Positions 59,708 through 64,000 of a stretch of DNA of 64,000 nucleotides are shown in pieces. How positions within the stretch are numbered: position 1 is the stretch's first letter; each line of letters starts with the position of its first letter. Where the stretch lies: the NCBI GenBank assembly GCA_026400105.1, contig JAPLPQ010000088.1, positions 33,425 through 97,424 of the forward strand, given 5' to 3'. A program made the position numbers and the translations under genes. The stretch comes from Burkholderiales bacterium (lineage in GTDB: Bacteria; Pseudomonadota; Gammaproteobacteria; Burkholderiales; Burkholderiaceae_C). Below the pieces are notes generated by a model. It did not search any database and was not told where the DNA came from. It was given only the letters and a program-made list of their open reading frames with translations.

Positions 59708-61453
59708 ATGCAGGCTGTTGCCACAAACGGGCGGATTGCCTCTTGCCTATTGGCGCTGGCGATCCAGGCTGGCGCGCTGGCGCCGGCCGGCCTGCAGGCA
59801 GCCGAAGCCTTGCCGCAGGCGTCCGAGGCCGCTAGCCAGCGGCGCCTGCTGGTCAAGTTCAAGCCGGGCGCTTCCGGGATCGACGCCGCGGCGTTGCCGG
59901 CCAGGACGGCACAGCTGGCCATCAGCGACCTGTCGCAGCGCCTGCCATCCGGCGCGCCGGGACGGCCCCCGGTGCAGCTGGTGCTGCAGCGGTCGATCAG
60001 CGCCCAGCTGCATGTCGTGCTGACCGATCGCGGGCTGAACCAGACCGAGATGCTGCAGCTGATCGAGCAGCTGCAGCGCGACCCGCTGGTCGAATACGCC
60101 GAGATCGACCCGCGCATCAAGCCCCAGTTCGTACCCAACGACCCGCTCTACGGCTCGCGCCAGTGGAACCTGCAGCCGCCCGGCCCGGGAAGCGAAGGGG
60201 GTGCCAATCTGCCCGGGGCCTGGGATGCGGCGCGTGGCGAGGTCGCGCCCGGACAGGGCATAGTGGTGGCGGTGATCGATACCGGGCTGCGGCCTCATGT
60301 CGACCTGGCCTCCAGGCTGCTGCCGGGCTATGACTTCATCAGCGACGCCAGCATTGCCAACGATCTCGATGCGCAATGGGACAGCGACGCGAGCGATCCC
60401 GGCGACTGGATCAGCCTGCGCGACAGCGAAACCGCCGAGTTCTCCGGCTGCGCGGTCAGTCCGAGCAGCTGGCACGGCACGATGATGGCCGGCACGATCG
60501 CGGCCGTGACGGGCAACAGCCTCGGGATAGCGGGCATGGCACCGGGCGCGCGGCTGTTGCCGGTGCGCGTGTTCGGCAAATGCGGCGGCTATCTGTCCGA
60601 CGCCATCACCGGGGTCTACTGGGCGGTCGGGCTGGAATTGCCCAGCCTGCCCGATCCGATGCGCGCACCGCCGCTCAACCCCTACCCCGCGCGCGTGATC
60701 AACCTGAGCATGGCTGCTGCGGGCAGTTGCAGCGCGGCATTCCAGGAAGCGGTCGATCGGGTCCGGGCCCGGGGCGCCGTCGTGGTCGCAGCCACCGGCA
60801 ACCAGGACGATATGCAGGCCGGCAAGGCGCTGAGCCAGCCCGCCAATTGCCGGGGCGTGATCGCGGTCACGGCCCATACCCGGCGCGGCGACCTGGCTTA
60901 CTATGCCAACGCCAGCGCCAGCACCACGCTCAGCGCACCGGGCGGCGGCTTCGGCATCAACCAGCTGGCCAACGATGGCGACTCGATCACCAGCCTGGGC
61001 AACAGCGGCCTGACCTCGCCGCTGTCCGACAGCTATGGCGAAGTGCGCGGCACCAGCATCGCGGCGGCCCATGTGTCGGGCCTGGCGGCGCTGCTGCTCG
61101 GCATGCAACCGAACCTGAGCCCGGACCAGCTCCGGGTCGTGCTGACCCGCTCGGCGCGCGCCTATCCAGCCGACAGCTATTGCCAGGTCAGCGCGGTCTG
61201 TGGCGCCGGCATGCTCGATGCGGAGGCGGCCGTGCGTTGGCTGCAGGCCAACCCGGCACCGGTCGTGCCGCCCGACAACAGCGGCAGCGACCAGACTGGC
61301 GGCGGCGGCGGTGGTGCGGCGGGATGGCCGGAATGGCTACTGCTGCTCTCAGCCGTCCTGCTGTCAGGCGCCACGCGCCGGCGACGCCAGCCGGGCCCCG
61401 GCCCGCATCAGGCAGGCCGCCAGCAGGCCACCGGCCAGGCCGGCGGCATGTGA
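59708..61453 (+). CDS. Secreted S8 subtilisin-like serine protease with GlyGly-CTERM sorting signal
   Basis: Signal peptide; VIDTG, HGT, GTSIA triad; GGGGGG-hydrophobic-RRRR tail. Confidence 0.88.
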   Translation: MQAVATNGRIASCLLALAIQAGALAPAGLQAAEALPQASEAASQRRLLVKFKPGASGIDAAALPARTAQLAISDLSQRLPSGAPGRPPVQLVLQRSISAQLHVVLTDRGLNQTEMLQLIEQLQRDPLVEYAEIDPRIKPQFVPNDPLYGSRQWNLQPPGPGSEGGANLPGAWDAARGEVAPGQGIVVAVIDTGLRPHVDLASRLLPGYDFISDASIANDLDAQWDSDASDPGDWISLRDSETAEFSGCAVSPSSWHGTMMAGTIAAVTGNSLGIAGMAPGARLLPVRVFGKCGGYLSDAITGVYWAVGLELPSLPDPMRAPPLNPYPARVINLSMAAAGSCSAAFQEAVDRVRARGAVVVAATGNQDDMQAGKALSQPANCRGVIAVTAHTRRGDLAYYANASASTTLSAPGGGFGINQLANDGDSITSLGNSGLTSPLSDSYGEVRGTSIAAAHVSGLAALLLGMQPNLSPDQLRVVLTRSARAYPADSYCQVSAVCGAGMLDAEAAVRWLQANPAPVVPPDNSGSDQTGGGGGGAAGWPEWLLLLSAVLLSGATRRRRQPGPGPHQAGRQQATGQAGGM

Positions 61454-61969
61454 CGGCCAGTAGACCGCGAAGCTCCAGGCCGATGGCAGCAGGCCGGCCG
61501 ACTCGAGCCCGACCTTGAGCCCGAGCAGGCCCAGCATGATCCAGGGCCAGGCTGGCGGCGGGCCGATTTGCGCCGCTTCATGCAGCGCGGCTGAAGCCCC
61601 CCGCAGGACTGCTGCGCCCGAACCGTGCCGACGACCGGCAAGCCAGGCTGCCGCCCCACCGAGCCAGCCATGCAGGGCACCCGAGAGGCCGGCGTAATAA
61701 GCGCAGCCAGGGTCGAGGGCGATCACGGCCGCCACGCCGGCCACGGCGCCGGCCAGCAAGCCGCACTGGAGCGGCGTCGACAACCAGGGCCGCAGCAGCC
61801 AGGCGATCAGCAGCAGCGCGGCGGCATTGGCCAGCGCATGGGTCAGGCTCAGATGGACCCACTGGGCCGACAGCAGCTGCCACCAGGCGCCCTGCTCGAA
61901 GCGCGCACGCTCGAAACGCCAAGCGGCTGGCAGACCCGGCCAGAGCTGCAACACCAGCAGCAGCGGCAC
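61364..61969 (-). CDS. Rhombosortase-like rhomboid protease
   Basis: WWQLLSAQWVHLSLTHALAN, YAGLSGALHG (GxSG), SHAAGLAGG; start uncertain. Confidence 0.8.
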   Translation of the reverse strand: MPLLLVLQLWPGLPAAWRFERARFEQGAWWQLLSAQWVHLSLTHALANAAALLLIAWLLRPWLSTPLQCGLLAGAVAGVAAVIALDPGCAYYAGLSGALHGWLGGAAAWLAGRRHGSGAAVLRGASAALHEAAQIGPPPAWPWIMLGLLGLKVGLESAGLLPSAWSFAVYWPSHAAGLAGGLLAACLMRAGARLASPARGA

Positions 61970-62031
61970 CTGCAGCGCCAGCGGCGGCAGGCTTGAAAGG
62001 CCGCCGCGTCCGGACCGGGCCCGATACAGGC

Positions 62032-62718
62032 TCAGTACTCCAGCGTCTTGACGCCGTCGCGGGTGCCGAGCAGGCAGACGCCGGCCTTCTGGAACGCGAA
62101 CACCCCGACCGTCACGACACCGGGCCAGTTGTTGACCTGGGCCTCGAAGGCCAGCGGATCGGCGATGCGCAGCCCGGTCACGTCGAGGATATGCTGGCCG
62201 TTGTCGGTCACCAGCGGCGCGCCATCCTTCAGGCGCAGCGTCGCGCTACCACCCATTGCGGCGAACTGGCGCGCGATGCGCTGCGCGGCCATCGGGATCA
62301 CCTCGACCGGCAGCGGGAACTGGCCGAGCTGCTCGACCAGCTTGGACTCGTCGGCGATGCAGACGAACAGCTTGGACTGGGCCGCGACGATCTTCTCGCG
62401 CGTCAGCGCCGCGCCGCCGCCCTTGACCATGTGGCCCTGGCCGTCGATCTCGTCGGCGCCGTCGATGTAGACCGCCAGCTGCTCGACCTCGTTGCTGTCG
62501 AAGACCGGGATGCCGAGCGCCTGCAGGCGCAAGGTCGAGGCCTCGGAGCTCGAGACCGCGCCCTTGATGCTGTCCTTGATCGTCGCCAGCGCATCGATGA
62601 ACTTGTTGACGGTCGAGCCGGTGCCGACGCCGACGATCTCGCCGGGCACGACATAGCGCAGCGCGGCCTGGCCGACCAGGGTCTTGAGTTCGTCTTGGGT
62701 CAGTGGGGAGTGGGTCAT
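62032..62718 (-). CDS. rpiA: Ribose-5-phosphate isomerase A
   Basis: [23 protein letters not shown]. Confidence 0.98.
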   Translation of the reverse strand: MTHSPLTQDELKTLVGQAALRYVVPGEIVGVGTGSTVNKFIDALATIKDSIKGAVSSSEASTLRLQALGIPVFDSNEVEQLAVYIDGADEIDGQGHMVKGGGAALTREKIVAAQSKLFVCIADESKLVEQLGQFPLPVEVIPMAAQRIARQFAAMGGSATLRLKDGAPLVTDNGQHILDVTGLRIADPLAFEAQVNNWPGVVTVGVFAFQKAGVCLLGTRDGVKTLEY

Positions 62719-62783
62719 GAGTGCAATCTGGGACAATTTGAGGATTGGGCCGCGTCTGGCCCGTCATGACCGGTGATTATCCA

Positions 62784-63836
62784 ATGTCCCTGCCCTACTC
62801 GCTTGCCCGCCCTTTCCTGTTCAAGATGGACCCGGAAGCGGCCCATGAACTGACCCTGGACAGGCTGGCCCAGCTCCAGAACACGCCGCTGATGTGCCTG
62901 GCGCGCCAGCAGCAGGTCAGCGACCCGGTCCGGCTGGCCGGCCTGGACTTCCCGAACCGGGTCGGACTGGCCGCCGGCCTGGACAAGAACGCGCGCTGCA
63001 TCGACGCCTGGGGCGCACTGGGCTTCGGCTTCGTCGAGGTCGGCACCGTGACGCCCAAGGGCCAGCCCGGCAACCCCAAGCCGCGCATGTTCCGCCTGCC
63101 CGAGAAGAACGCGCTGATCAACCGGCTGGGCTTCAACAACGAGGGCCTCGACGCCTTCATCGCCAACGTCAAGCGCTCGCAGCTGCGCCAGCAGCCGAAA
63201 AAAGGCGGCATGCTGCTGGGCCTGAACATCGGCAAGAACGCGGCGACACCGATCGAGCGCGCGACCGACGATTACCTGATCTGCCTCGAAGGCGTCTACC
63301 CGCATGCCGACTACGTGACGGTCAACATCTCGAGCCCCAACACCAAGAACCTGCGCGAGCTGCAAAGCGACGAGGCGCTCGACCAGTTGCTCGGCGCGCT
63401 GGCGGCCAAGCGGGCCGAGCTGGCGGACAAGCTGGGCGCCTACAAGCCGGTGTTCGTCAAGATCGCGCCCGACCTCGACCAGGCGCAGATCGCGGTGATC
63501 GCCGACACGCTGAAACGCCACGGCATGGACGGCGTGGTCGCGACCAACACCACGCTGAGCCGCGAGGCGGTCAAGGGACTGCCGCATGCCGAGGAGGCCG
63601 GCGGCCTGTCGGGCGCACCGGTGCTGGAAGCCAGCAACGCCGTGATCCGCCAGCTGCGCGCGCGACTCGGCAAGGGCTATCCGATCATCGGCGTCGGCGG
63701 CATCCTGAGCGGCGCCGACGCGCTGAGCAAGATCGAGGCCGGCGCCGACGTGGTGCAGGTCTACAGCGGACTGATCTACAGCGGCCCGGCACTGGTGACC
63801 GAAGCCGCGCTCGCGCTCAAGAACGGCAGGGCCTGA
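62784..63836 (+). CDS. pyrD: Dihydroorotate dehydrogenase (quinone)
   Basis: [29 protein letters not shown]. Confidence 0.98.
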   Translation: MSLPYSLARPFLFKMDPEAAHELTLDRLAQLQNTPLMCLARQQQVSDPVRLAGLDFPNRVGLAAGLDKNARCIDAWGALGFGFVEVGTVTPKGQPGNPKPRMFRLPEKNALINRLGFNNEGLDAFIANVKRSQLRQQPKKGGMLLGLNIGKNAATPIERATDDYLICLEGVYPHADYVTVNISSPNTKNLRELQSDEALDQLLGALAAKRAELADKLGAYKPVFVKIAPDLDQAQIAVIADTLKRHGMDGVVATNTTLSREAVKGLPHAEEAGGLSGAPVLEASNAVIRQLRARLGKGYPIIGVGGILSGADALSKIEAGADVVQVYSGLIYSGPALVTEAALALKNGRA

Positions 63837-63840
63837 AGCC

Positions 63841-64000
63841 ATGACGACCGAGGCACAACTGGGCTTTTTCGGGCTCGCGCTGCTGCTGGGCCTGAGCCCG
63901 GGACCGGACAACCTGTTCGTGCTGATGCAGTCGGCCACGCAGGGCCGGCGCGCCGGCCTGCTCGTGACGCTGGGGCTGTGCACCGGCTTGCTCGCGCACA
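63841..64000 (+). CDS. LysE/RhtB family exporter, N-terminal part (runs off window)
   Basis: MTTEAQLGFFGLALLLGLSPGPDNLFVLMQSATQGRRAG. Confidence 0.85.
   Translation, partial: MTTEAQLGFFGLALLLGLSPGPDNLFVLMQSATQGRRAGLLVTLGLCTGLLAH

Overview
High-GC betaproteobacterial chromosome (Burkholderiales, probably Comamonadaceae-like; inferred from gene content). The housekeeping flanks are dnaK(3' part)-dnaJ, tRNA-Gly(CCC) and trxA-rho-rpmE2 on the left, and folP-ftsH-rlmE-yhbY-prlC, an S8 protease with rhombosortase, rpiA and pyrD on the right. Between them lies an about 35 kb block (17.8-53.1 kb) devoted almost entirely to phosphate starvation and storage. It contains phoR-phoB-phoU-pstBACS, ppx, a porin, a MaoC/Pta-AckA-DUF3141-CoA transferase-FabI operon, sixA-ppk1, a lipid-remodelling set (PlcP-like, OlsB-like, LplT, GT4), an apparently uncharacterised module (Mpo1/DUF962-like membrane protein, class III aminotransferase, PSD-type decarboxylase, MGDG-synthase-like GT), a secreted metallophosphoesterase, GlpQ, an orphan ParA, ppk2 and arsC. 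Most promoters in the block carry 11-bp-period Pho-box-like repeats. The best leads are: (1) the putative phosphorus-free amino/glycolipid module; (2) a small ribbon-helix-helix-like protein with an Ala/Lys/Pro tail, preceded by 9-bp tandem GTWTATAC-type repeats that recur 9 kb away in front of an unannotated 59-aa ORF, together with an orphan ParA beside ppk2 (possible polyP-granule positioning or regulatory system); (3) a DnaA-box cluster bracketed by two IHF consensus sites upstream of trxA; (4) an FAD reductase-patatin fusion; (5) an MgtE_N-CorA chimera with a proline-rich leader ORF. No CRISPR array, integrase or IS was seen. All functional calls rest on motif recognition by eye, not on database searches.
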